From contig CM119264.1 of NCBI GenBank assembly GCA_051294375.1, forward strand, positions 8,740,764-8,804,763: 64,000 nucleotides of DNA. The letters are read 5' to 3'. Below the pieces are notes generated by a model, which saw only the letters and a program-made list of their open reading frames with translations, was not told the origin of the DNA and searched no databases. This stretch comes from Paraspadella gotoi. Taxonomy: Eukaryota > Animalia > Chaetognatha. Position 1 is the stretch's first letter, and the number at the start of each line of letters is the position of its first letter. Position numbers and translations under genes: made by a program. Shown in pieces: positions 11,800-24,291 of this stretch.

Positions 11800-14191
11800 G
11801 TTAGGGGTGAGTCAAAAATTTAGAAGGTGAGTACAAGCTCAAACGAAAATTTAATAACATTTTTAAGTATAACTTATATTTTACAATGGATCAAAATTTT
11901 TTTTTATATGCTCTATACCCTAGTAATTATTTTTTTAATATTTATTTATAGATAGGAAAGGCCAAAATATTTTTTTGAACAGAATTTTAAATTTTAAGGA
12001 CCAGATTCAGATAGCTTAATAAAAAGTGTTGTCACACAAAGTATAATTTTGTTTTAAAAAAATATTTTATGATAAGGTCAAAAATAAGAAAAATGGTAAA
12101 AAAAATTGTCATCATCATCATCTTTGAATGATTTTTATGGTTTTTTTTAAAAAGATATTAACAGAGAAATGTGAGAATTTTCAAAAAACTGGTATTATTC
12201 TCGTTTAACTTTTTATGCTCTTTCAGAAATCCATCAAAATTTTCATTTATATGGTAATAATAATAATTTTAATTAGGCTAAAACCTCAGAAAAAAGAAAT
12301 TTTTGACAAAAAATATTTTAATAACTAATAATCTATGCTCAATGATAAATTATTTTCAACTGCTGGGTGAGACATTAAGAATTTAAATTCATCACGGGCT
12401 CATGAGATACTGTGGCTAAATTTCTGATAGAACCTGATTGCAGATTTTGTTACCCCCTGGTAACAAAAATAAGCTGACGGTTTAATAGAGATAGTGTACA
12501 CACGACTGCTTATTTTCTTAGTTTAGTGATCAATGAATATTGAATTTTTAAAAAAAACAAATTTTTATTATACATTTAGTAAGGACTTTATTCTTGTTAT
12601 AGAGATATTATTATTTATGAAAAATATGTTTGAATTGTTGTCATAATTATCCTATTATTAAGATTATTGGAGAATGTGTCTGAGCAATCATGAATATCAA
12701 AAGCTTTTTCCCACAACCACAATGACAGCCTTTTTCATTTTATAGTTTTTCCCAGTTAAAAAAAATCCGTGTAGATAAAAGATCGAGAATTATATCTCCT
12801 AAACCATTTGAATGATGTAATAAAATTTAGTTACATTGATTCCTTTTTTAACCAAATTTTATTTTTTAATATAATTTTAAAAAATGATTTATAGAGTGTC
12901 TGAATTTAAAGTTATAGTGGCGCGGTTTTTTCCTTCCACGCGTAGTAAATCCACTAGTAACTTTAAAAATTCATAAACAAATCATTTATTAGGACGTCTG
13001 GCGTTAAGCGTCCGAGATAAAAAATTTAGCAGAAATAAAAAAGTTGTTATTTTACTACTGAATAAAAATACTTAAATACTTACAAAATACGTTAAAATTG
13101 ATAAAAATTATTAATTGCAAAAACAATGTTTAAATCACCACTGCACTACATCTAGTGCCTTTTTTTCAATTGAAATCGATAGAATTAACTAAATATATTT
13201 AGAATTAATTTTTAACTTTGATATAATAAGAGAACCATACTCCGTCCACTTGATGTCGTCAGGTTAATAATATTATGCGTTGGAGGATTCCAAATCTGTT
13301 TTTTAAAATTGACCTATGTAGACGCGCATAGACGCGATATGCCTTTGAAAGCAAGTTGTTTGGTTTGGTTCCACTAAATTATTTATAGCTCTTTTGGCCG
13401 AAAAAGAGGTTTTTTGTCACGTTTATGTTTGTTTTTTTGTTTTTCTTGTTTTTAGGTTGTCAATTGGTAAATAAAAAAAATTGATTTTCTTTGAATATCT
13501 TTTGTAAACCAAAAATGATAGAAGGATGAGACTGGAATCGTATTAAAGCCATAATTATGGAGCATCATTTTCAATAATAAGTTTTTAAAATGTTTCAAGG
13601 GATTTTTTAAAAATCTTGATCGGAATCTTAGTCAAAAGTATACGGTACAATTCTATTGAAATTTATATATTAAACACAACTTAGGCCACATTTTAATAAA
13701 AATAAATAAAACTATGATTCTGAAAGTAGAAAAGATTAATTAAAAGATTAAAATTATTGTTTATTGATATAAAACTAAACAATTTTCTATATCCTGTCAA
13801 GATGTATTATAATAATTACTAAAGATAATTGATTTCATTTTGTTGACCAAAAAAGTCTTAAAAAATTCATGTAGGAACCTTAAAAAACATATTATTTAAA
13901 TATGAATAATTTAAGGTTTTAACACTTTTGTTCCCCTGATTTAAAAATACTGACATAGGGCTAAAAGACTGTATAATCAAAGATTTTAAATTTTTAAGAA
14001 TTTAGCCTGTGTTCTACGAGGCTGGGAGAAAAAATTTATCACAATTTTTTTTTATTTTATGTCATAATGCATCATAAAATAATTTAAATGCATCACGTTA
14101 GGTATCATAGAAAGCTTAACGATGTTTGCTAATGACGCACGTGAAAAAAAAAATTTCTTAATAAAAATAAAAAAAATCACCAGACTACCCT
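11800..14191. mobile_element. Cluster of decayed AT-rich non-autonomous DNA-transposon sequence
   Basis: No ORFs, no microsatellites and very AT-rich. Starts with a MITE-like terminal motif (ttaggggtgagtcaaaa) and contains a 10-bp stem hairpin at 12445-12468. Boundaries and class are not resolved. Confidence 0.25.
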
Positions 14192-14650
14192 CATTTATAT
14201 TGTTTCAAAAAATAAAAAATAAAATTAAGAAAAGACGGAAAGGCGATTTTAACAGGTAACTTCAACACGTGCCGTTAACAAATTCCGTTTTGATTTATTA
14301 GGGAGAAGTATTGATCGATAAAAAAGAAAAAGGTTAAAATCGTGCACACCGAAGAGTCGTGGCTAAAGACGCGTTTGCTATGTTCTCAGAGAGTCAGTCC
14401 GTAAAAGTTCAAGGCAAAAACATTTTTAGCTCTTTATTCTTTAGTCAGGTTAAAAGCGTCGAAAAATCGCCTTTCGCTTTTAAAAGAAAGACATTTCATG
14501 CGTTTCCTTCCTTTTTCTCCAGGACGACTTTATGCGGTGGCTCCATGGCACTGGCCGACGCGGGTCTCCTTCAGACGATAAAAGGCCGCCCTTTGTCCAG
14601 CTTTTCGAAACGGCGGGACAAGCAGAGCGTCTCCGAGTGTCCCGATTTTG

Positions 14651-14699
14651 TCACGACGACCGCGAACCTAAACGCTCGATGTAAGCGAGGCACGAGGAG
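14651..14699 (-). CDS. Putative last coding exon of an acidic unknown protein
   Basis: Branch point and acceptor cctgacctacag at 14701-14700. Phase-2 entry matches exon 16602-16661 and gives (T)SSCLAYIERLGSRSS*. Confidence 0.35.
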
Positions 14700-16601
14700 C
14701 TGTAGGTCAGGGTTTATATTTACATAGGTCATTAATGTTCTTATGCAAATAATGATCATGGCGTACGGTCATCCAGAAGGGATGATGGAGAACGGTAAAA
14801 AGACTGTGAAAGAAGATATCCACATTGGAGGGTTTCTCAGAGTCGTTTCTATGTCTATGGATTATATACATTTTGTTTGAGCAGTGTACCTTTAATCTCG
14901 ACTTAATATTACACTCAATCCTCATTATTATTCAAATAGATTTATAATAGAATTATATTAAAGTATACTTTTATTTTATATTGTTATTCAATATTCCAAT
15001 TTATTTTTATCCAATATTGAATATAATCTCTAGTAGCACTAGAGAATGAAACAAGGTCAGGTATTATCTCTAAAAACTGCTATAGGAGCAGCATGATGAT
15101 GTCTGAAATAACGCAGGAACAGTAACAAGCAGATTGCAGACCACGAGAATATTTCACGAGTACGCACTACCGTCTATCTAGTGAGCGAGACGTAGAGAGC
15201 ACGAGACACAGGCAGCAAAACAGCTCAGAGCCTACTCACATTAAAAGCATAAAAATTAATTACACATTATTAAAGAAGAAATAAATATTTACAAATAAGA
15301 AGAAGAAGCAGATTTAAAGAGAGGGGGAACCCAAGTGGGATAACACAAATTAGATACATAGCTTAGAGTCACTTATAAATATAAGAAGGAAATGGATCGA
15401 GAATTGGTGTGATATGTGCTTATTTGATAATATAAGATTATCTCTTACAGCGCGGTGAAAGTGGAGAAAAATTCCCATCTCATTGTAAGCCAATTCGAAA
15501 CAGGACGAGATATCCTCTTTACTTGGAAAATTTTTTAAATTGATTCCCCTAAATACTGAATACCCCTCCCATTCTCTTACTCTATTACACTAAGTGTGAA
15601 GTTTATCATTTATCCAATGAACTAACCCCGAATTTTTCTATGTTTTGAAATGAACAAGAAAGCTGAATTCTTGTGGTCTATGGTGCCCTCCTCTGATAAA
15701 GGAATTTTAATAGTGATTGAGTCAAATGCATAACGCTTTATTCATACACGCAACAGGAAAGGACAGAAAAAATAAGGTACAACATCCCTCTTAAAATTCA
15801 AAATCAAGTGATTATATATTCTTCTTTTGGTTAATATCTCATTCTTATGCCTATGGTGATAATTTTACCGGTATTCCGTTGATCCTGAGTTTTGCTCCCA
15901 GTATTTAATCAGGAGAGATATGAATGTATTGCGGAACTTTCCCTTCGTCGTCAATAACTTATGTATAAGATGTTGGAGGTTACGTATTTCTATACGAAAA
16001 TAAGTGATTGAGTTGTTAAAAAGGAGAAAAATGATTTAAAATATTATGCCTAACCATAATTTATTGTGGAACTATTCCCAGATTTTTTTATCCTTTTTTA
16101 GATTATATTGAAAGAAAAAAAATATCAGCGATACGAAGTGCCCGACGGAAAAGTGGATGAACTCAACTCAGTACGGAAAAGACTGGACTAAAGAGTACAA
16201 CAAGTAAAATGAGAATGAGATTAGAATCTAAAAATCTTATTATAAAAAGTGTTTAGTGTGAAATAGTGAATGAATAAAAGTTAAACTCCTTACCAATATT
16301 TATGTTACAGGAGAGATGTAGAGAGACGAGCCAGCAAATACGTCTGCGAGGGCTAATGATTTCAAAATATCAAATATTTTATTAAATAAAATTGAAATAG
16401 GCATATTGGTTTCATTATAATATTTTTTTCCTATTACTCTCTATAACATTTCTATCTCACCTCGTTGTAAATAAATTTCATAATAAACAAGAGAATTCAA
16501 ATGACAAGTGTTCGCGCGTGCGTTTTCGTTCATCTTGGTGTCGATCCATCGGTTTTTGAAGAGAGAGAGAAGAGAATGAGGTTTGGTTATGGTTGTCTTA
16601 C

Positions 16602-16661
16602 GTAGGGGACTTCAACAGTTCAGATTTTAAATCGTCGTCGTTTTCAGAGCGAATTTCTTTT
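16602..16661 (-). CDS. 60-nt internal exon of the same putative gene
   Basis: Bounded by tttttttag and gtaaga. Phase 2 at both ends; reads KEIRSENDDDLKSELLKSP(T). Confidence 0.5.
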
Positions 16662-17079
16662 CTAAAAAAATTCTTATATCCGATCTAAAAAAAAAAACAC
16701 GAGAGATGTGTAGAGAAATAGAAATATGGAAGACCCTAGAAGTAAAGGGAGGAGGGAAGAAGGGAGGAAAAGGAGGGAGAAAAGAAAAGAATATGTTTAG
16801 AGTGGAGCGGGCAGGTTAAGTTAGCATATAAGTAAGATAAAGGAGGAAGAAGAGAGAAAAAAAAGAGAGGAGAAGAAAAAGAGAGAAGGGGAAAGGAGGG
16901 GAGGGAGGAGGAAAAGGGAAAAGAAAAAGGGTTCCAGGTGAGTTGGTCAAATAGAGAATGGTATAAAGGGGAAAATATAGGGAGAAGAGAGGGAGTTCGA
17001 TTCAAATTTAAAACGAATGAACTCTCTCTCTTAATACTTGCCTCTCTCTCTCTGGGTCTCTTCCCTCTCTTTAACTTAC

Positions 17080-17600
17080 AACACAGGGTGTTCGTCGGGG
17101 GTCGTCGGGATACCTTCCACCCGTCGGTCGAGTAATAATATCACCCGGATCAATTTTCAAACCGTCATTTCGGTCGTCGTTTTCAAACCGTCATTTATCG
17201 ATCGTCGTTTTAATAGTCAAAATGTCTTTTTCGATGCGTCGATTTTGCGGGATCGTAATGGTTTCGTCGTCTTCGAGTCGTCCATCGTAGTCTCGTCGTC
17301 AATCGTTGTCTATCGTCGTATCCATCGGTTGTTTCGATCGTCATGCGTATGATGCGCTTCGGTCGTCACATCGAGTTGTGTGCGCATTCGAGTCGTCATG
17401 GGAAAAGGTTAATCTTCGTCATCTTACGTGAAATTTTAGTCGATCGTCTACATACGTTTTCGTTGTCACGTGTGGTTGGCGCTGTCGTCGTCTTCGTCCA
17501 AATTAGGTTTGCGAGGTTTGTCAGTTATATGGGCGGAGAATCGGAATGCGGATTTTCAATCGTTTACGATGTAAAGTGTCGTTTTCGAGGAGAGAAGGAT
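17080..17600 (-). CDS. Asp/Thr-rich exon candidate with frame disruptions; 5' boundary uncertain
   Basis: ACG/GAC-rich island ending ...RRVEGIPTTPDEHPV(L) at a gtaagt donor (17079) in phase 2, which is compatible with the 16661 exon. Upstream stops suggest indel errors or a shorter true exon. Confidence 0.3.
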
Positions 17601-17619
17601 GTGAAGATCGATTGAAAAA

Positions 17620-18897
17620 ATTAAAGGGAAAGGAATAGAAGAGTATAGAGTAAGGTAGGTTAATTGAAGGAATGGATATATAAGGGAAATTATAAAGGCT
17701 TGAAAGGAAGATAAAATGGGGAAACAGAGAGAGTTAAAAGGGGAGTTATGAGTAAAGGATTAGGTAATAGAAGAATAGGGAGAAAAAAGTGAGAAAGGTA
17801 AAAAGGGATCAAAGGGAAATAGGTCCAGAAGAGGGATGATAGGGAAATAGAGATAGGGTAGAAAAGGCAAATAAGGGAGAAGGGGAAGATTAGAAAGAAC
17901 AGAAAAAGGGAGGGAGAGGGGAGCAAGGCAAAGAGAAAGGGAAACAAAGGAAAAGGATGGAGGAAAAAGAGAAGAAGGAGAGAGAATAAATGAAAATAAA
18001 ATAAGAACATAGAAGGGAGAGAAAAAAAGGAAGAAAGTAGCGGTCGGAAGGAATCTCAACACACTAAAGAAAGAGCAAAAAGCGAGGGAGGGAGAAAAAA
18101 AGAAAAGAAAGAGAAAGGGAGAAAAGGGAGAGGAGAAGGGGGACAAAGGGGCCAGGAAAGGGAGAGAAGGAGAAGAGGAGGGAGAAGGCAAGAAAAGAAA
18201 AAGAGAAAAAAAGGAAGAAAGAAGGAAGAGGGAAGAAATACGAAGGGAAAGGGAAAAGGGAGGAGGGAGGAAAAGGAGAGGGAAGGAGGAAAGGGGAGAA
18301 AAGGGGAAGAGAAGGGGGGAGGAGGAAGAGAGGGAAGAAGGAAAGGGAGAGGAAAGGGGGGAAAGTAGGGAAGAGGAGGGAGGGGAGGGGGAAGGGGGGG
18401 AGAAAGGGAGGACAGGAAATAAGGGAATAGGAAGAGAAAGAAAAAGGGAAGAGAAAGAGAGAGAAGGAGAGAGGGAGGGGAAGAGGGAGATGGAGGGGGA
18501 AGGGGAAAAGACAGGGAAAGGGAAGAAAAGAGGACAGAGGAACGGAAAAGGAGGATAGAAGAAGGAGGGAAGAAGGAAGGAGAAAAAAGAAAGGGAAAAA
18601 CAAAGGAAACAGGAAGGGGAGAGGGAAGAAAGGAAGAGAGGAAGAGAAGTAGGGGGGAAAAAGCGAAGGGAGAAGGAGGAGGAAAAAGGAAAAAGAGTGG
18701 AAGCAGACAAAAGGAGAGAGAAAAGGAGAAAAAGGGAAAGAAAAGGGGAGAGAAAGAAGGAAAAGGGGAAGTAAAAGGGGGAGCAAAGGCGGAGGGAGGG
18801 GAGAGGCTAGGGGAGAAAAAGAAAAAGAGGAAGGAGGAGAGGAGGAGAGGGACAAAGACACAAAAAGGAGAGGGAGGGGGGGAAAGGGGGGGAGGAA
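17620..18897. repeat. ~1.3-kb non-periodic polypurine (G/A) tract
   Basis: Almost exclusively G and A on the + strand, especially 18065-18897. A shorter tract lies at 16738-17000 and a pyrimidine tract at 19010-19230. Confidence 0.9.
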
Positions 18898-19249
18898 CTT
18901 TTTAAGATATTTATTTTGAAATAAAATTAATTTCCTATAATTATCCCTCTTATAACAAAAAATTTAAAAATCAGAAATTGAAGATGAAATACTGAAATTT
19001 TGTAGATATTTTTTTCTTTTTGAATTCCTTTTATTTTCCTTTCTCTTCCCTTTCACCCCAACACTTCCTCTAAACTCTTTTTCTTTTTCAAATCTTCCCT
19101 CGTCTCCCCTTAAATCTTACTCCTTTCCTTTTCAATCTCATCCCGCGAATTTCTTTTCTTTTCTTTTCTCCCTTTGATCCCTTTCCTCTTTTTTTCCTTC
19201 TTCCCCCTTTTCTTTCCATTTTCTCTTTGACGGAGGACATTCTTTCTTC

Positions 19250-19266
19250 TCAACGCGCAGTCGCTT

Positions 19267-19331
<65 letters not shown>

Positions 19332-19423
19332 TTCGCCCTGTCCCCGTCGTCCTCGGCGTCTTCATCCCGATTGTCAAAAGGCGGCGTCTCCAAAATCACA
19401 GAAGTTCCATCCTCCGGTTCCAT
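19250..19423 (-). CDS. Candidate N-terminal coding exon, acidic, containing a (GAC)n run
   Basis: MEPEDGTSVILETPPFDNRDEDAEDDGDRAK followed by a trinucleotide run that reads poly-Thr or poly-Asp depending on frame. No clear donor found. Confidence 0.25.
19270..19331. repeat. (GTC)n / (GAC)n trinucleotide repeat, about 20 units
   Basis: Direct reading. Confidence 0.95.
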
Positions 19424-19953
19424 CCTTCGAGAGATGGGGGCGTGACGAGTTAGGAATGGGTGGAGAAACGGGATAAAGGGATGGAAGGATGGATGGAAAG
19501 AACAAAGAATGGAAAGCAGCATGAAATGAAGAATGGAATGATAAGTGAAATCGAGTATGGAATGAACAAAGAATGGAAGGAAGGATGTAATAAATTGTGG
19601 AATGAGGGGTAAAATAAATAATGGAATGGTAAGTGGAATGAAGATCTGAAAAGGGTGAATGGAACAGAATTTAATGAGAGGGTTTGGGGAGAAAAAAAAG
19701 AAAAACGAGCGTGCTTAGGGTCGAATGGGAGGGGATATCGAGACCGGCTTATGGAGGCTTTGATGTTAAGACTGAGTGTGGCAAAAGGGAATGAATCGTA
19801 GGCGATGCTGTGAGTTTATGAGGTGAGCAGAAGAACGAAAGGACGAGTGGCAGAGCAGAGAAGGAGAGAGGACGGGAAAGAAAGGAGTGAATCGAAAGGA
19901 AAGATTCGAGTGAGCAAGACCATCGCGGATGAGTGAAATGGTGAGACCGGTTC

Positions 19954-19967
19954 GTTGTTATGGAAAC
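19954..19967. promoter_or_regulatory. RFX X-box motif
   Basis: GTTGTTATGGAAAC matches the GTHNYY-AT-RRNAAC consensus at every position. It sits in a GC-rich stretch that also has a GGCGAC...GTTGCC half-site pair at ~19996-20011. Confidence 0.45.
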
Positions 19968-20256
19968 GAGGACACAAACCGGGTCTCAATCCGTGGGCGA
20001 CCCCGGTTGCCGAAAAGGGGGGTGGGCGATGATAGGGTGCTCTCTTTTAAAAGAAAAAGTGGGTGCGATGAAAGGGGCGCCTGAAGGGGCGATGGGCGCG
20101 AAATCTTGGCGTGGGTGAGACTCGAACCTTCGAACCCGGGAACCCTTGAACCTTTAGACCCTCGTCGATCGTTTGGTGAGATTCGACGTCGAAGATGAAG
20201 ATATTGAAACGATTACGAGCGTCGATGATGAAATTTAAGGCGGCGGAGTTGATTGT

Positions 20257-20293
<37 letters not shown>

Positions 20294-20637
20294 GTCTCTC
20301 TCTCTGTCTCTCTCTCTGTCTCTCTCTATCTCTCTCTCTCTCTCTCTCTTTCAATTCTGCCGTTAAAAACGTCAAAAAATTTAAATAGAGAGAAAAATTA
20401 ATGCAAATATTTAGAGAGCGAATTGTAATATTTTGAAAAACTGGCGATAAGGAAGAATAAGATAACGAACGAAATCAGCAACAACAGCGCTCGTCCAAAA
20501 ATGCAAATGTCGTGGAGAGAAAGAAGAAAGAATATTCTTTTAGTGAAATTTTGTTCTACCGCCAGGCTTGTGTTCAGTTTTCATCATTTCTAAAAATTTT
20601 TCACTGTTGTACATTGCCTAATGTATTGATCCCTGTG

Positions 20638-20688
<51 letters not shown>

Positions 20689-20780
20689 TCACCAATTTCA
20701 AAAATCATTTGCTCTCTCTTTCCCTACTTTCACCTGTCCTCACATCTGACCACTATCCTTGCTCAATTCTTTGTTGGAAA

Positions 20781-20811
<31 letters not shown>

Positions 20812-21859
20812 AAACTAATGTTTAAAAAAATTTGGTCTATTGAATTCATTTGCTGATGAAGACTCGTAACACTAAGAGTCGAAACATGTACAATAATAAA
20901 AATAAAAATTGCTATTACAACGAATTTTTCGTTTCATCTCTAAACTATTTTAAATAGCAAAAAAGAAAGTCAAAATACAAAGTTTTCATCTCATATTATT
21001 TTCTCATTTTTTTCCAGCACCAACACTGATCATATATACAGAGCTCTCCGTTAGAATTCTTTAGAGTATTGAGCTAAATTGTTATAATTTGTATTACCTC
21101 AAACCCCTTCCTCTCCACTGCCCCATTTATCTTCACCCTGTTTCACAAATACCCTATTTACCCCAACATTTCCCCTTGAATGATTCCTTTTAACGAATGA
21201 GAGAGAAAAATTTGGTCGTTGGGAAAAAGTTGGCCTTAAATCCGACTGTAAAGAAAAACGAGGGGGAAAACGAATTTAGTTCGCTCTCTCTCTCTAATCT
21301 CCTCCTCTCTCGGTCTCTCCGTTCTCTCTCTCTCTCTCTCTCTCTCGTCCTCTCTCTCTCTCTCTCTCTCTCTCTTCGTTTTCCATTCTCTCTCTTTCCA
21401 CAGCTTTTTTTTATTTCAATGTCTCTTTTCACACCGTTCGTTTGTGGCAACGTGCTTTGCCGAAAATCATTCTTTCAAACTCTCCTCCCTCTTCTCTCTC
21501 TCTCATTCTCTCGTTCTTCTTCTCTCTCTCTCTTTTCCTATTCTCACACAGGCACCGTGCTACGATGCCTCTGCCAACAGATGGTGACGACGATAACAAA
21601 AACGACCATGGAAAAGATGACAAAAGAAAAATGTCAGAGAAAACCAAACGACAATAGCAGAAGTGCTGTAAAAAGTAGGAAAAAAGTAGAATTTGAAACA
21701 AGGAAGTTGTAGTAAAAGTAATCCTAGAGTAACCGTACTAAACGGAAATTACTTAGTAGTAAATAATACATCTAAGTTGACTCTAACATCATCTTTCGTC
21801 AATAAACACTAAAATCATCATTAAATTGGCTAACAAAAAGAAAATATCCCGAGATCGGT

Positions 21860-21861
21860 GA

Positions 21862-21940
<79 letters not shown>
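21860..21940. repeat. (GAAA)n microsatellite
   Basis: Direct reading. Others lie at 24190-24290, 29620-29830 and 32990-33097, plus (TTTC)n at 46455-46590. Confidence 0.95.
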
Positions 21941-21943
<3 letters not shown>

Positions 21944-22349
21944 TTGATGAAAGAAAGAATAAAAGAAATAAAGATTGAAAGAAAGAAATAAATCAAGAAA
22001 GAAAGAAAGAAGGAAAGATAAAAGGAAAGAAGGAAAGAAACAAACCAATAAACAATCAAAGAAACAATGAAAATGAGGGAATGACCGAACGTTTAATGAG
22101 CTCCGTTGAATCGACAATTTACAAGCCGTTCTAAACCTTAACAGGACAAATCGTTGAATTAGCTTTGAAATAATTCGATCAAGACGGAATGAATAACAAA
22201 CAATGATTGCGCGGGAAAAGAAAGAAGGAAAAGTTTTGAGTGAAATAAATGGCGAGAAAAGAGTCGACGACGAAAGCCAAACGTGAGATAAACGTTGGTT
22301 AAAACTCCTGAAACGGAGTAGAATAAATGACGATTCCTTTGAAGAAAAC

Positions 22350-22466
<117 letters not shown>

Positions 22467-23007
22467 GAAAATAAAAAGGAAGAAAGGAGATTGACGCGAC
22501 GTCGGCGAAAGGTAAGAAGCTGAAGACGGAAGTTGTTTTTGTTTGTGACATCCACGGAAATTCTTAGAGTGAAAACCGTAACCATGTGTGCGCGTAATAT
22601 TTAACCACAAACACGTTTGGGAAAATTTAATTTTCGTTTTGAAACTTCATGAAAATAATTGGGAACTTGCGCCAAAATAATTTCGGATGCCAGTGAGCTT
22701 GTCAATCGGACTAGACAAACAGTTTTGAGGTTCCACTCACCTTTCGTTATATTAATTTCGATTTAGTCAACGACTTGCCCAACGAACGAATTTTTCTTCT
22801 ATTTCATCTATGAACGAACCATCCTACTGTTTTTGATCTACTTTCTTTATTCAACACCCTAGTTTTCTCCTCACGTGCTGCATCCCTTCTCCTCTCATCG
22901 CTTCTGTGACGTCTCTCCCTCCGCCATCACCGCCCCCGTCAACCACCGCACCCCCGGGCCCTCCCCACGCGCCCCCTAGCCCCCTCAGCCCCCTCAGCCC
23001 CCTCAGT

Positions 23008-23619
23008 AAGGCGTAGTGAAAGTTACATACGAAAATTCTAAAAAGTCAATATGAACAACATACCATCAGTAAACATTAATTGTAACAAAAAATTATTTAT
23101 GTTTTTAATTTTCGCAGTAGGCTATATTTATTATAGTACTATCCTTATAAAATCGAAAAAATTTCAAAATAGCTTTTCTTAATTTTGATTGCAGATTTGA
23201 ATTCCTCGTCAAAAGTTGATAAAGAAAATATAAATCATTTTTTAAAATTCTTTCATTAAGTGGGTTAAAAAATTAAAAAAACTATATTTAATGTATAAAA
23301 GTTAATTTTCAGCTTAAAAATATAGCTTTTTTCTAGTTTTTGACCCACTTAATGAAGGAATTTTTTCAAAAAGAGTTATATTTATTGTTATCAACTTTTT
23401 ATGACGAATCCAAATTTGCAAAAAAATCTTTAGAAAAAACATGTTTTGAAATTTTAACATTTATTTATTTAGTACTAGTATAAATATATGGCCTACTGCG
23501 TAAATTATAAAATTTTATTATAAATTTTGTTATTACATAAATGTTCATTAATATAAATATTGTTCGGTCTTCACTTTTAGAATTTTAATTAAGTAAATTT
23601 AGAAATTTTACTACGCCTT
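23008..23619. mobile_element. Palindromic MITE (612 bp)
   Basis: Termini aaggcgtagtgaaa and ttttactacgcctt. The arms pair imperfectly along the whole length (cgcagtaggc/gcctactgcg; aaaagttgataa/ttatcaactttt; ttcattaagtgggttaaaa/ttttgacccacttaatgaa). Confidence 0.85.
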
Positions 23620-24215
23620 CACCCTCAGCCCCCTCAACTCCACTCTCGTCGGAAGAAGAAAATCCGAAAGATTCAAGTTTATTTTGGAAAGAAAACTTCT
23701 TGCATTGCCACAAAAAAAAGGAAAAGGAAAAAAGAAAAAGAAAAGAAACAGAACTCGGTTTTTCTCTTTTTTCTTTAGGCACCGAAAAAGAAAGAAAGAA
23801 AAAAAACTGAAAAGGAAATCACACCCGGAACGGAGCGGAGAATCGACCGCCGGAAGCAGGAAGGGGAAAGGAAAAAAAAAGCGGAATAGAAAGAGAGAGA
23901 GCAGAGAGAGAGATGGGGAGATGCAGAGTAGACGAGAGATAGAGAGAGATGAGAGAGAGATGAAGACGAGAGAGAGAGAGAGAGAGAGAGATAGAGAGAG
24001 AGAAAGGGGAGAAAAAATTGTGTCCTAACCCGACGCTCGAAAGAAAAGGGGTTGGGGAATGGGAGAAGGGAATGGGAGAAGGCGAAGGAAGGGGGAAGCG
24101 ATTGCCGGAAATTCAATTGGAATATGGTAATAGTATCGAAAACAATCGAAAGAACATTTCATAGTCGGTAGCCGCGTTAAAGATAAAATAAAGAAAAGAA
24201 AGAAAGAAAGAAATA

Positions 24216-24291
<76 letters not shown>

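Noticed and set aside
17690-18861. Long F/L/S/P-rich ORFs of 316 aa and 265 aa
   Set aside because: These are translations of the polypyrimidine strand, which cannot contain stops; not coding.
20105-20145. tRNA-like 3' end GGTTCGAGTCTCACCCACGCCA on the minus strand
   Set aside because: No D arm, anticodon arm or matching acceptor stem; at most a SINE or tRNA fragment.
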